Numbered from the stretch's first letter, positions 12,190 to 25,937 are shown. The stretch: 64,000 nucleotides of DNA from Octopus sinensis (GCF_006345805.1 NC_043002.1:26350001-26414000); one strand, 5' to 3'. The notes: generated from the sequence alone by a model not told the origin. A program made the numbers and translations.

Positions 12190-12960
12190 TAGATTAACAA
12201 GGATAAAATACATGATGTTGATGCGAGCATTAGCTGCCGCACCTTTGCATAATCAGGGAGCTGGTAGGCCTCCTCTTCAAAAATAAACGTAGACAATTTT
12301 TAAATAGCGTCAGCGGGGTCTTGTAGCATGATGACAGATTCTTGATTAGCAGCAGTAGTAATAATGTCACTAGATAATGAAAGGTGCATGTTGTTAAATG
12401 GTGGTGAACTTTGTTGTAATTTTTTTTTTCACTTATAACACTTGTTATTCTTTTATTACTTGCAGACATACATAAATAAACTCGTTCCTGTCCCAATGTC
12501 CTAATGTGAATTTAGATCTCGTAAAGGCATCACTGTCAAAGACTTTGGAATAAGAAAACTGCGGGTGAAGTGCATAACACTAGGTATTTCAGTCTCTATC
12601 AAGTTTTTATTAACCCAACATAAACGTTCAGCACTGTCAATAGAAATGCAATATGGAGAACTCCTGAAAAATTGGAGCGCCCATTCAAGTTGGTTGATGT
12701 TTGTCCAGCTGATATAAAGGCCCCTTTCACTTCTACGGGTGCTCTGTTGCAACAATTTCCTTTAGAATATGGTGTTAAGAGGTGAATATGCTTGCAGCTG
12801 TCCGTGAACGACACTCGCTCTATAACTCATACAGTTGTATAAATCTTTACATTTAACGTCAGTGATACAGATGTCTTTATTTGCTACAATACAGAATGTG
12901 ATAATTTCATCTGAATAACTTTAAATCTAAAACAAAAGCCACCATAATTTTGTGAATCGT
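12190..12960 (-). pseudogene. Decayed LRR-like coding remnant (tentative)
   Basis: Track ORFs 12599-12814 and 12230-12496 share one frame (5 stops in ~195 codons), giving LTVLNVYVGLIKT**RLKYLVL, VYLCMSASNKRITSV, TFHYLVTLLLLLLIKNLSS and LFKNCLRLFLKRRP. Confidence 0.3.
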
Positions 12961-13218
12961 TGCATGTTGACGAATGTCATCTTGTGGTTCTTTCATTATT
13001 ATTATATTGTCTATCAATATCAGCGTCTTTCACAGAGGGTATGTATGTGAGTATGAGGTGTTCATTGTCTATCTGAGGAAGTGTGAATAATTGTACATTC
13101 ATTCAACCTTTCTTTTATCAGACTCTTTTCCTTTCAACACATGCATGAACCGAAGTATGTACTTCTGAAACTGTGGATATATATATCTATATCTATCTAT
13201 CTATATATATATATATTG

Positions 13219-13414
13219 GATCGTTAGCCCCTACACGCAATTTTTTTCTCCTTGTTTCTCTCCTTGTTTCTTTTCTGTGTATCTTTCTGTCGAAGAGCGT
13301 AGGCTCGAAACGTAAAAGACTTGTTTTATTTCTATTCCTGAGCGCCATACTAATACGTTATTTGTTTGTACTCCACCTGCCTTCGTCTTTTGTTTATTTT
13401 CGTAAACCTTCCCG

Positions 13415-13416
<2 letters not shown>
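13219..13416 (+). mobile_element. Penelope-like terminal repeat (pLTR family 1), solo copy
   Basis: Homologous to 111-295 (rc), 35630-35800 and 48478-48562 (rc). Confidence 0.78.
13282..13319 (+). ncRNA. Minimal type-I hammerhead-like motif, A6U variant
   Basis: TCTTT-CTGTCGA-A-GAGC-GTAG-GCTC-GAAA-CGTA-AAAGA: 5-bp helix I, 4-bp helix II, palindromic ACGT helix III, GUA site after 13314. Confidence 0.6.
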
Positions 13417-13457
<41 letters not shown>

Positions 13458-13560
13458 TAATCAAAACAAGAAAACAAAAACAAAAAAACAGCAACGCAAG
13501 GACGTGGAACAAATAAAGTATTATTGGACGCTCAGGAAAGAAGGGAAGAAGGATGTTTTC
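13458..13560 (-). mobile_element. pLTR family 2 fragment (truncated before ribozyme motif)
   Basis: GAGGACGTGGAACAAATA…GTATTATTGGACGCTCAGGAAAGAAGG shared with 41140-41320. Confidence 0.65.
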
Positions 13561-13810
13561 CCTCCATATCTACGTGAATTATTTTTGAGTAAACACTATC
13601 TGGGAGACTTTTCTTAAAGTAGTAGTTATGGCTAAAAATACTTTTTGGCTGCTATTTCTAAAAATTTCAGTATGTGGCAAAGTAAATTATTTTACTGAGA
13701 CCTAATTATATAACGTAATATTTTGAATATGCCTTGAATGGTCCTTTTATATATTGAACACTACTTGGTGAAATTAATTAATAATTAATTGATTTTACCC
13801 TTAATTATTG

Positions 13811-13864
<54 letters not shown>

Positions 13865-14171
13865 ATATATATATATATATAAATATACATATGTCTATGT
13901 ATGTATGTATGTGTGCATGTATATGTGTATGCGTCTTCCACTGTATGCGTGTATGCATGCATGTGTATGCCTACGTATCGATGTTGCATTCATTTGGAAT
14001 CTTGTATTTGGAAGCTATCAATGGTTTGTATGTACGTTGATACACCACATATACAAAATATCTACTTTCTTCTTTTGCCTGCATTGCCTCCAGCAGTTGT
14101 GTGCTGTAATATGTCTCATCACCCAGTCTGAATGCCAGCAATTGCAGCTGCCCACCACAGTATATCTATAT

Positions 14172-14186
14172 CTATATCTATATCTT

Positions 14187-14282
<96 letters not shown>
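14172..14282. repeat. (TATC)n microsatellite
   Basis: Long near-perfect run; similar runs at ~24590-24685, 33715-33815, 39885-39964, 41012-41105, 46975-47075 and 55245-55410. Confidence 0.95.
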
Positions 14283-14283
<1 letters not shown>

Positions 14284-14355
14284 TATATATATATATTACG
14301 GAGATGTACTTGCATAGCGAGTGACTTGATCTGAGATCGTGTGCTGGAACGAAAA

Positions 14356-14550
14356 TTTTTGCAGCGTAGAAGGTGTTTATAAGCTATTTAAGAAACTCAC
14401 GAAGCTGCAGCATGAAGTTTCGTCTGTGAACAGGTCACGGTCTCAAAGCGACGAAAATATTTTGACAAATTAAATTTAAATGTTGAAGCGAATCTAACGG
14501 ATTTTGTGGGTTTCTTAAATGGCGTATAAGCACCTTCCACGCTGCAATTG
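14356..14550. repeat. Fold-back/MITE-like element with ~45-bp inverted repeats
   Basis: TTGCAGCGTAGAAGGTGTTTATAAGCTATTTAAGAAACTCAC versus rc of GTGGGTTTCTTAAATGGCGTATAAGCACCTTCCACGCTGCAA. Confidence 0.75.
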
Positions 14551-15114
14551 TCATATATATATCAAGGTATGCAGAGTTAGCGGTTATAGTAACTGACTAA
14601 AGGATAACATATCCGTATTTACTATCGGTACCAGTTAATTGTGCTATCCCTGGGCATGGGTATGCAAGCACACTATACACGTAGGATTCCGATAACTACA
14701 GAATAGAAAAAAGTTTATCAGGAATAAAATTTAATCAGAAAAAGGATAAAACTTTGGATCAACAAACATATTGGACCACAGCTATAGATTATTTTTTTAA
14801 TACCAAACATGACATAACATTTCTGTGGCCTTGTTTTGTATTACAAAATAATCTACAGACGTGGTCCAATTTGTTTGTTTGTTGATCTAAAGTTTTCTTC
14901 ATTTTCTGATTATTTAGAGTATATATATATATATATACTCTTGTGTCTGGGGATAGTAATTTTCTTTTTGTGTCTCATAGTATAACAAACCCACCGGTAA
15001 AATTTTCACTTTTCTTCTTATTTTTATTTTCCTAAAATTTTCATTGCGTCTTGCAACCTTTTCAATAGTTTTGACTATACACATATACACACATATATAT
15101 ATACGTACACACAC

Positions 15115-15152
<38 letters not shown>

Positions 15153-15849
15153 GCACATATATATGCGTATATATGTATATGTATGTGTCTGTATGTGTTT
15201 GTGTGTGTGCATGCACGCGTATGTAAGCACGCGTGTGTGTCTATGTATGTATGCATATGTATATATACAGGAGTTGGATGAAATAATGTTCTACTCTCTA
15301 TATGTGTTTATATGCATTATGTAATCATCGTAATCCATTACAAGATTTTTCTACTTTTACACAGACTTATATCTAAATATTCTATAACGCGTGTTTTCCA
15401 AACAAGATGATTTGTTGGAACCCGTAGATTAAAGTTTCAGCAATTAAAACTGACTGCCTAATTGTTGAATATTTCTAGAGGTACAGCTCCTAATATTAGA
15501 CTAACATTCTTAATCCTAGGTAAAATCAGCTCTGGCGCGAATAATTTTCCTCGGAGTGTAAATGTCAATGAGCGGGACGGCAGAATAATGAAATACATTG
15601 TATTTAAAACCATGAGTCGCGGTTTGCTAAAGTGGTAGCAGAGTTAATATACCACCATGCTAACCCTGCCTCAACCAAGGACCTTCGCTGTGAGCTCCTC
15701 ATCAACATTGTAAAACGGGAAAATAGTGTCTCGAATATCAGATGTTCTCAAGGGCTCTTGGAACAATGTCATTTCTGATAAATATTAATTCACCTTTTTT
15801 TTCCCATTTAGGGGTGAGTTTAATTCTGGAGACATCCCGTAGCCATCTG

Positions 15850-16315
15850 TAATCCTGAATTCACCACCATGAAACATGGATGTGGCTCCGTGATGATTTT
15901 TACAGTCATATCACGTAGTTCTCTAAGCCCTTTAGCTGGTGAACATAGTAGGTTAATGCCAAGAATTTCTGAGTATTTTGGTTGATCATATCCATCTTAG
16001 AATACAAATATTGTTCCACAATGGCTCACAATAATAATGCACAAGTTCACACAAATGGTGCTGAACATTAATACAAAGAGCGCTAAAGTAAACAGCTGGA
16101 GGCCATCACCCCTACCCCAATCAACTGATCAGAATATAATCGAACGTTTATGGTATAATTTGGAACATGTATTGAGGATTGGTCGCCGCTGAAAGAGCTA
16201 AAACAAGTTTTATTTGAGGAACAGCTCAATATTTCTCTAACAACCGTTCAGTACCGGCAAAATCTACACTCGATGTATTGAGAGTGCGTTTGTTGGAAAA
16301 TGTGGACCAACTCTG
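15850..16315 (+). mobile_element. Tc1 (DD34E) transposase C-terminal remnant
   Basis: TMKHGCGSVM (TVKHGGGSVM), NNAQVH, DQNIIERLWYNLE (SPDLNPIEHLW), PLKELKQVLFEE, GPTLY end. Confidence 0.75.
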
Positions 16316-16367
16316 TATTTATTAATATATTACATTAATAAGGCTTTTCCATTATTTCGTTCAATCC

Positions 16368-16469
<102 letters not shown>

Positions 16470-16555
16470 GTATGTATATATATATATGTATGTATGTATG
16501 TATGTATCTACACATGTATGCGTCTATATATATATATACATATATATTTGTATAT

Positions 16556-16594
<39 letters not shown>

Positions 16595-16790
16595 CATATA
16601 AATATATACATATGTATACATACATTTAGATAGATAGATACTGAGAGAGTGAGAATCAGTAGATATGCCTGTGCATCACAGTACATATCTGAACTCATTT
16701 AAAAATGAGGTACTTGCCCTGCAAGTTCTTAATAAATAATTAAAATTAATTACTACTGTGTCGACAATATCTATGTGAAAGTTATATACA

Positions 16791-16843
<53 letters not shown>

Positions 16844-18896
16844 GCACATACACACACAGTATATTTATATTTATACGTTTGTGTAACATTAGCACTCTTT
16901 GAAACTTTCTTCCTCTTCTCTAATTAGTTCCTGGTAGTTTTTTCACGTTACTAACACAATCATACCGAAATTTTATGCACTTCAATTAAACAATGAAGTA
17001 GGTTCAGATATCAATGCTTGCTAGTACTGCCTCGTGTGCACCTCGCTCTAATTCCACAGTTTGAACTATTTTGATAACACCATTGTATTGAACCGATTTT
17101 TGATTCACATCCGTTTCATTGTGTGGACTTCTTTGTTTGGTGGTGTTATGTTGTGGCAGATAAAACTGTTTTTCTAAGTAAGAATTTCAACGCTGTCCAT
17201 TTGAATTTACGTAGACAATCAGTTTCTAGATGTAAGTAAATGAATTGTTTGTGTAAAATAACAGTTGATAAAAGATAAGGAAACTAGTCATAATACTGAA
17301 AACAATCGTCATGTATAAGCTGTTCATATCTCACAGACGTTGTATAAATCTGATCGTAAATTGTTCAAGTACTAAGTTAACGTTTACAACGTACATGCCG
17401 ACACAACCAATTAAAAAGAAGTAGCAGTGTCTGCCAACATCTTTTCATACTAGTGATGAGATTGCGAAGCTCTAGAAACACTGATAATGAATTTAAGAGA
17501 TTTGATGTTACGAACTAGGCGAAAACTTTACGAAACAATGAAAGAATATTATGAAAAATTCCAAGAAATATATTAAGCTGAGAATAAAAGAAAAAAATGT
17601 AAATAATGGAAATAAAACTTGTAATTTCTAAAAGACTGGCCGAAAGCATAGTTACCCCACATATGCACACATATGTGAGCACACAAACATACACGCACAC
17701 ACATACACACACACAAACACACACACACAAACACACACACACATGCAAAACCACTTGGACAAACAACACAGAAAGAACAAAATACGGCAAATACTTTATT
17801 TTAACAGTTGAAATGCGTTTTGAACATTAGTCCATCTTCAGAAATAAAAGGCAATTAGGAGTATATATAGGTACAGAAGGTGTGACGGAAGGAGCTTGTG
17901 AAAAACTGAAAATAAAAACAATTAAACGAAAGACTTAGGAGGAAGAGAAAGGGTTATTATTAGTCAGGGAAAATCCCGTTTCACGTGGGGTTCATTAAAT
18001 ATGTGCGTGATTGTGTGTGTGTGTTTGTGTGAGAGTGTGTTTGTGGTGTGTGTGTCGGTTTGTGTGTGTGTTGTGTTTCTTATCAAGAAGAATGGTGTTT
18101 ACCGGTGTTTTTTTGGTTGTGTGAATATATGCGTACAGATCTGTGTGAATCCAGTGGCCTGGATAAGTTGGGTTTGGTGAAAAAGTAGGTGTGTGTGTAA
18201 TTCATCGGTCGAAAGTGTGAAAGTGTACGTGTGAGCATCTGCTTATGTGTATGTGTATGTGTGTTTACGTGTGCGTGTGCATGTCTGAAACCATCAAGGA
18301 AATGTACGAAAGTGTGGAATAATTTCAAACGGTGTGAAATGCGAACGGTATTTTTGGAGTGTGTGCCGGATCCAAAAGCATCTGGTGGTTTAGATGTGTA
18401 CGGTAATGAATCACAGTTTGATATGGGGAAAGTTAGGCAGAGAACAAAAAAATTGAGATGGCAAAAAGTCATAGATGGTAAAAGCCATAAGCAGATCCAA
18501 GAAGACATAAAACGAAACAGTTAAGACCGACCTCAGGTGATGACTGGAACGATGGAAAATGACCAACGGATGAAGTATCACAAAGTATATTATTTTCTGT
18601 TAGAATAGAGCTAAGTGAAAAGCATAGAAGCAGCCGAAGAATAAATAAGAGTGTGAGTAGATGTAGCTAGTTAAGAGTCAACTACTACAATGCAGTCAGT
18701 AAGTGGGAGGAAGTGAGAGCAGAACGGAGTGGGTGTAAGTTGTGAATCAAAACTTGGTGAAGTAGTAAATAGATGTGTTTGAAGTGCCAGTATGTGAATG
18801 TAGTTTTGTGTTCATGCTTGTGAGCCTCAAAGAGAAATATGTGCAAATCCAAGTACCAGCCTGTCGCATTGATAAAATGGCAGATGGAAAAAGCTA

Positions 18897-19078
18897 CGAG
18901 AGGATGCTAAAAAGTTCCTGGCTTTAAGGATACCACAAAAGGCCTTCCGAATTCTTTTTTTGCAAGGCTTAGAAAAACTGCAGTAATAAGTATGTGAATC
19001 TGAAAGGGGAATATGTTGAGTAAAATCATAATTAACTAATGCTCCGGTATTTTCTTTTACCCAAAGCATCCCCCCCCA
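18897..19078. mobile_element. Mariner-type MITE, one end truncated
   Basis: TA-CGAGAGGATGCTAAAAAGTTCCTGG terminus; body is the reverse complement of 42587-42805. Confidence 0.75.
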
Positions 19079-19080
19079 TG

Positions 19081-20650
19081 TATATGACTATGTTCATGTT
19101 TATGTGTGTTGGTGTGTCAAATCACCTATAGCCGAAGTCTTTATGCAAGAAAAGAGTTAGCGTATGTGAAAATTATAATAGGGCAGAGTAGGGCAATATA
19201 TGGGGGTGTATTCTACTATGTGAGGAATATAGAATGAGACGAGATGGAAAAGGAACACATAGTTTGTACTGGGACAGGAATTGAGAGGGCAACGGTTGCA
19301 GTGAAGCTTAGATGAAGTGAATTTAAGAGTATAAACAGTAAGGAGTGAATTGTTTTAGAAATTAGTTGAGCACCTGTTTCACAGTTGAAGTAAGAAGTGG
19401 GCGATCCGATATTGGAAGATAAACGGAAACCTGTGACATTTTGGGTGGAGGGGGTATACATACATACATACATACATACATACATACAAACATACATACA
19501 TACATACATACATACATACATACATACACACATACATACATACATACATACATACACACATACATACATACATGAAATATACATGCGTTTGTGTGTATAC
19601 AGCTATGTATGTATGTGTGTATATGACTATGCTCATGTTTATGTGTGTTGGTGTGTCAGATCACCTATAGCCGAAGTCTCTATGCAAGAAAAGAGTTAGC
19701 GTATGTGAAAATTATAACAGGGCAGAGTAGGGTAGTATATGGGGGAGTATTCTACTATGTGAGGAATATAGAAAGAGACGAGATGGAAAAGGAACACATA
19801 GTTTGTACTGGGACAGGAATTGAGAGAGCAACGGTTGCAGTGAAGCTTAGATGAAGTGAATTTAAGAGTATAAACAGTAAGAGTGAATTGTTTTAGAAAT
19901 TACTTGAGCACCTGTTTCACAGTTGAAGAAGTGGGCGATCCGATATTGGAAGGTAAACGAAACCTGTGACATTTTGGGTGGAGGGGGTATACATACATAC
20001 ATACATACATACAAACATACATACATACATACATACATACATACATACACACATACATACATACATACATACACACATACATACATACATGAAATATACA
20101 TGCGTTTGTGTGTATACAGCTATGTATGTATGTGTGTATATGACTATGCTCATGTTTATGTGTGTTGGTGTGTCAGATCACCTATAGCCGAAGTCTCTAT
20201 GCAAGAAAAGAGTTAGCGTATGTGAAAATTATAACAGGGCAGAGTAGGGTAGTATATGCGGGAGTATTCTACTATGTGAGGAATATAGAAAGAGACGAGA
20301 TGGAAAAGGAACACATAGTTTGTACTGGGACAGGAATTGAGAGAGCAACGGTTGCAGTGAAGCTTAGATGAAGTGAATTTAAGAGTATAAACAGTAAGGA
20401 GTGAATTGTTTTAGAAATTACTTGAGCACCTGTTTCACAGTTGAAGAAGTGGGCGATCCGATATTGGAAGGTAAACGGAAACCTGTGACATTTTGGGTGG
20501 AGGGGGTATACATACATACATACATACAAACATACATACATACATACATACATACACACATACATACATACATACATACATACACACATACATACATACA
20601 TGAAATATACATGCGTTTGTGTGTATACAGGTATGTATGTATGTGTGTAT
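19081..20650. repeat. Tandem triplication, ~517-539-bp unit with (TACA)n
   Basis: TATATGACTATG starts at 19081, 19620 and 20137; the unique parts are nearly identical. Confidence 0.95.
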
Positions 20651-20670
20651 GTATGTATGTATATATATAC

Positions 20671-20705
<35 letters not shown>

Positions 20706-21151
20706 TGTATGTGTGTGTACACATACGTACATATATATGATTGTGTCATTCGGCGAAGACGACATATGAGTGTTCAGTTTTTTTTTATGAACGACCTACA
20801 AAAGTCTTTTGTTTACAGTCATCAATTGTATGTGCTGTACTCCTAAGATCAAATCTTCACTGACCGAGTAGGTGCTTGGTGTACCACACCTCAGGTGTCG
20901 AACTGCCCGCAGAACAAAAAAAAAAAAAAAAATCATCCGGTCAGGAACTGAAACCACGATGTCAAGATCGTGAGTACACTACACTAGCCTCTAGGCCATG
21001 CGCCCTCATACACACACATGTATATCTGTGTACATGCAGGTGGTGGGTACAAACATCCATTTAAAATTAACTTTGGGAAAGGAGAGTACTGAAAGGTATG
21101 GTAGAGATTAATGATACGTGACTTTGTTTGGTGACGTCATATATGTTTATA

Positions 21152-22363
21152 GACAGACACGACAGAAGTAAATAGACACCACATAAAACATCGTTTTATG
21201 TTTATGCTAACTTGTAAAGGTTTATAGTTTTTATTACTTAACATTTTTATGTTTCAGGTTCTATATGTGACTGTTTAATTGTGGCATGTGCAAAAGAAGC
21301 TTTGGAACGGTCTGAATTTCAAAGAAGCCGTATTGTGGGTCATTTTGAAGGTGGATATAGCGTAAAACCGCAGAAAACCTTCAGATCCTGCTTTCTACAG
21401 TTAGAGTGATTGTGCAATTCACCAGACATGGGAAAGAGTCCACATCACCTCGCGGGGATCAATCAGGGCCCTCTGACAGGACCCTTCACGTTTTCTAAGA
21501 GAAGTATGGAGGACAATAATCGTTGCAAGGCTTCTGACATAGCAGAACAAATTGATATCAGTCCTAGAACAGCTGATAGGTATATCAATAAACAAGAGAT
21601 ACCATTTATTCGACCAGCCAACATCCCACGGAGAAAATATTTGAAAGGTGAAGCGGCCACTATCATTTTGGGACACTGTCATATTCTCTGATCAGTCCAG
21701 ATTTGCTGTATTTCCTGACAGTGGTCGAGTGTGGGTCTGGAGACTTTATGATCAAGAATCTGACGTGAAAAGCTTGTAGCCAACAATGAAACACGTCACC
21801 TATTATGTGATGGTCTGGGGAGAAATTTGGAGCAATGGTTGATGAAATCTGGTGGAGTGTGAGGGAAACTTAAACTCCGATAAATATGTGTTCATATTAC
21901 AGAAAGGATTCCTTCCAATCTTTTCTAGTGGTGAAATGATTAAAGAGGACTATTTATGAAAGATGGGTCTCCTTCTCACACGGCTAAAATAAACCAAGAT
22001 TTTTTGAATGAGAATGGCATTAAAAGCTTTCATGTTCAATCCAGTCACCAGATATGTACCCTACTGAACAACTCTGGAACGTAATGGACAGCGCACTTCA
22101 TATAAAGAACCAGAAAGCATTTTCAGAGCCAGATCTTTTGAGATTACTGCATGAAACGTGGCAAGAAATTTCTCGAGAGAATATTCGTCATGTGATCAGT
22201 AATGTACCTAACAGGGACCTTGCATGAAAAAATGTAAAAGCGTGACTACTGAATATTAAATATGCACATTATAACAATTGATGAATAATTTGAATGTATA
22301 ATTTCAGATTTAAATAAATTTTAGTGATTATAAGCATGTCTATTTACTTCTGTTACGTCTGTG
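21152..22363 (+). mobile_element. Tc1 (DD34E) transposon, near full length, decayed
   Basis: TA-flanked TIRs (GACAGACACGACAGAAGTAAATAGACA versus rc at 22336-22363). Peptides SEFQRSRIVG, WDTVIFSDQSRF, VMVWG, EGNLNSDKY, KDGSPSH, SPDMYPTEQLW. Confidence 0.92.
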
Positions 22364-23154
22364 TATATGTTCAAATATATGTATATATCGCTGTGTGTGT
22401 TTAAATGCGAATATGTACATATGTGTGTGTATTAATACACACATACCCACGCACACACAGGGTCTATGAACTTAAATTAGTTTTGCGGAGGAGTTTTCCA
22501 CTTGTTCAAAGATAAGTTTGTAATCATTGTATTTATATGTAAATAGCTGCGTTTTCCGTAGACACTTGTGAACTTAACGTAATTACAATTACATTAGTAG
22601 AATTGAAACGATACAGTGTATAACAAAGCTAGATGTTGGAATTACTAGGACAGTCCATGCAAAAGGTTTCCTAAGAGACACTGTCTGAACAAATTCACAT
22701 ATAGTTTTGCATCGACTCATCTCTATGACAAGAAAACTCGGTCAAATGCTATTGAAAGCGTGATCTGATTATTGCAGTACAAATTTCATAAATACATCGT
22801 TATGCGTAAGTAATTTACTGTGCATAACTTTTAAGCATACATTTACTTAAGCAAAGATATACACATATACAAATACATAAATTCCATTATAATATATGTA
22901 AGTCAATGTGTGAAAGATGTGATCTTACTATGTTTAGGGCGGTGGACAATTGAAATAGATATAGTGTCAGGTATAATTACGTTCACTATTTGTTCTGGCT
23001 CTTGATCTCATCGCCGCCTATGTGGCTCAGATTTGTGTGCGTGTGTGTGTGCGTGTGTGTTTGTGTGTGTGTAATATATATGTATATATATGTATCTATG
23101 TCAGTCTGTTTGTTTGTCTATCTGTCTCTCTCTTTCTCTCTCTCTATGTATATA

Positions 23155-23193
<39 letters not shown>

Positions 23194-23279
23194 TATATAT
23201 ATAATATATATATTATATATATATATATATATTATATATATATATATATATATGTATACATATTGTTTATCTATTAGTT

Positions 23280-23445
23280 GTTTAGTCATTCGAATGCAGC
23301 CATGCAGCGGCACCGCCATGCAGAATTTTAGTCGAACGAATGGACCCTAGTAATTATTCTTCTTCTAAGTCTGGTAATTACCGTATCTGGCTATTTTGCC
23401 GAACTGCTACGTCATGAAAACGTAAACACTCCAAAAGAGGTCGAC
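23280..23445 (-). mobile_element. SINE 3' module S2, diverged
   Basis: rc of the GTGTTTACGT…GGCAAAA…CATGGC…ATGACT module seen at 44075-44260. Confidence 0.6.
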
Positions 23446-23565
23446 AAATGGTAGTGGTGGTAGTGGAGGTGGACAAACATATACAATGACACACACATAA
23501 ACATGCACATATAATAGCGTGTGTGTACGTGACTGCCTACGTGTGCGTGTCTGTCTCCCTCCACT

Positions 23566-23617
<52 letters not shown>

Positions 23618-24609
23618 GTATGTATGTATGTATGTATGTATGTATGTGTATGTATGTGTATGTATATATGTATATATGTATATATGTGTTTCTGTGTCTG
23701 TATGTGTGTGCACATGTGTCTTGAAAGGCACGTAGCCTACTCGCTGGGCTAATCCTCACATGATCAAAATGTCATGGACTCAATTCCTGCATCGGCCAGC
23801 GCGATGTGCCCTTCATTAAGGCACTTCAATTCATATTGCTGTCGTCTGCTCAGCTGAAAATGAGTACCAACCAACTTCTTGTTCACCTGTCTCTCCTGTC
23901 ACTTGTCTCATCCTGCATATACCCCTGGTTCAAGTGGCTGGAGGATCGAAAGTCTGTCTATGTGTTTTTGAAACTACACAGGTACCTGAAACAGCTAGAG
24001 AAGGCACGGTATGTTTTTAGCAATCGATACTCGCTCGCAAATGACAGTTGGCGCTCTATGTACGTCCTTCTATCCATTCAGTCATATTCCTTCCACCATG
24101 TCTATATACCAACAAGTCGTGATGCATAAAACACTGTGTTTACAGAATTACTTGCTTTTTCATAGCTTTAAGTTTACATCAATGGTGAAATATATCGCGA
24201 GCATTGAGAAGAATTATGCTACCCCATTACCATAAAAAAAGCAATGACCTCAACATTGTTTTACGTTGTTGAATCCCGCCCTTGGATTTTTTTTTGTTTC
24301 ATAGATGACAAGAAACGTTTTATTGTATTTATTAACACATGTTTCGGTTTACATTAAGGTGTTAACTAATTTTTTCATTCTTATTCAGTTTTTATTCATC
24401 ATATGGACACGAAGCAGCTTTCGCGTCTCATTTAAGAGATTTCCGTGAATTCTATCGACCACAGCACTTAATTTCGTACTCATACATCAATCCACCCATC
24501 CATTTAAGTATGTATGTATGTATGTATGTACGTACGTACATATGCATGTATGTACGTACGTATGCATGTATGTATCTATACATCTACTTATCTATCCATC
24601 TATCTATCT

Positions 24610-24726
<117 letters not shown>

Positions 24727-24822
24727 CCTTTGTGTGCGTCCCTCTCTATGGACATACAGGCGTTCACAAACAGATGCACAATCAAATAAGAAAAATTGGT
24801 AGATATACTTACAGGCTTACAC

Positions 24823-24876
<54 letters not shown>

Positions 24877-25715
24877 TTCTCTCTTTCTCTCTCTCTGTAT
24901 ATATATATATATATATGCATAATATATGGGCGGAATATTTCATGAAATTTCAACAAACATGAAGAATGATGCCAAATTATTCAGCATAATATATATATAT
25001 ATATATTTTCGCCTATATTCTGTAGCTTCTTTTCCATAGGCAGTTTGCTGGGTTGCTTTTCCATGATAAAATCATTGCTTCACACTTTGATTGTTTAAAT
25101 GTTAGCTTCAGTTGTCTGAAAAGGCTTTGATCACGACAGTATCGCTGTATAAGTTAGCAGCTACTGCAGCTGCATCAGTTTCTCCTGTTTATCGTTTGCC
25201 ATTTTACAATTCATTGAATTCATAATAGTCCAGAATTCGGAGTTGACAAGAAAAGGTTGACCAAGCGCTGTTCATTTCACAGAGCTGGCAGAAATGCGTG
25301 CAATGAACATAATACGTGTATCGAAGCGAATTAGCATATGTGAATGTAACAGGTAAGAAAGAGACATCAATCAACTAAGAGTAACAAGCATAATTCAACG
25401 AGATATAACCAGCTACAGCGAATCATCCATCAGGTTTCGAAGAATGTGTTTTATTTACGTATTATAGAGATCGCTTGAATTGAACTGGATGACAAATTTG
25501 CCCCAAATCTCAGTTAAAAAAAAAACAACACTCAAATTTAAGTGATAGATATTCTAAATCTCAAAGAAAAATATTCATATGCGCAGGCGTGCCTGTGTGG
25601 TAAGAAGCTTGCTTCCCAGCCACATGGTTTTGGGGTTCAGTATCTTCTACTTTAGCCCCGGGTCGACCAAAGTGAGTGGAGTGGATTTAATAGATGGAAA
25701 CTGATAGAACTGAAA

Positions 25716-25937
25716 GGCAGCGAGCTGGCAGAAACGTTAGCACGCCGGGTGAAATACTCAGTGGTATTTCGTCTGTCTTTACGTTCTGAGTTCAAATTCC
25801 GCCGAGGTAGACTTTGCCTTTCATCCTTTCGTGGTCGATAAATTAAGTACCAGTTACGTACTGGGGTCGATGCAATCGAATTAATCCATTTTTCTGTCAT
25901 TGTTTTTCCCCTCTATGTTTAGCAATAAAGAAATAGG
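25716..25937 (+). mobile_element. tRNA-derived SINE family S3
   Basis: Head GGCAGCGAGCTGGCAG…GAGTTCAAATTCC (B box). Central GACTTTGCCTTTCATCCTTTCGTGGTCGATAAATTAAGTACC resembles the Nin/Deu-type conserved SINE domain (recall, unverified). Confidence 0.85.

Noticed and set aside
18231-18800. Purine-rich ORF after (TG)n
   Set aside because: No recognisable motif; openness is explained by strand purine bias.
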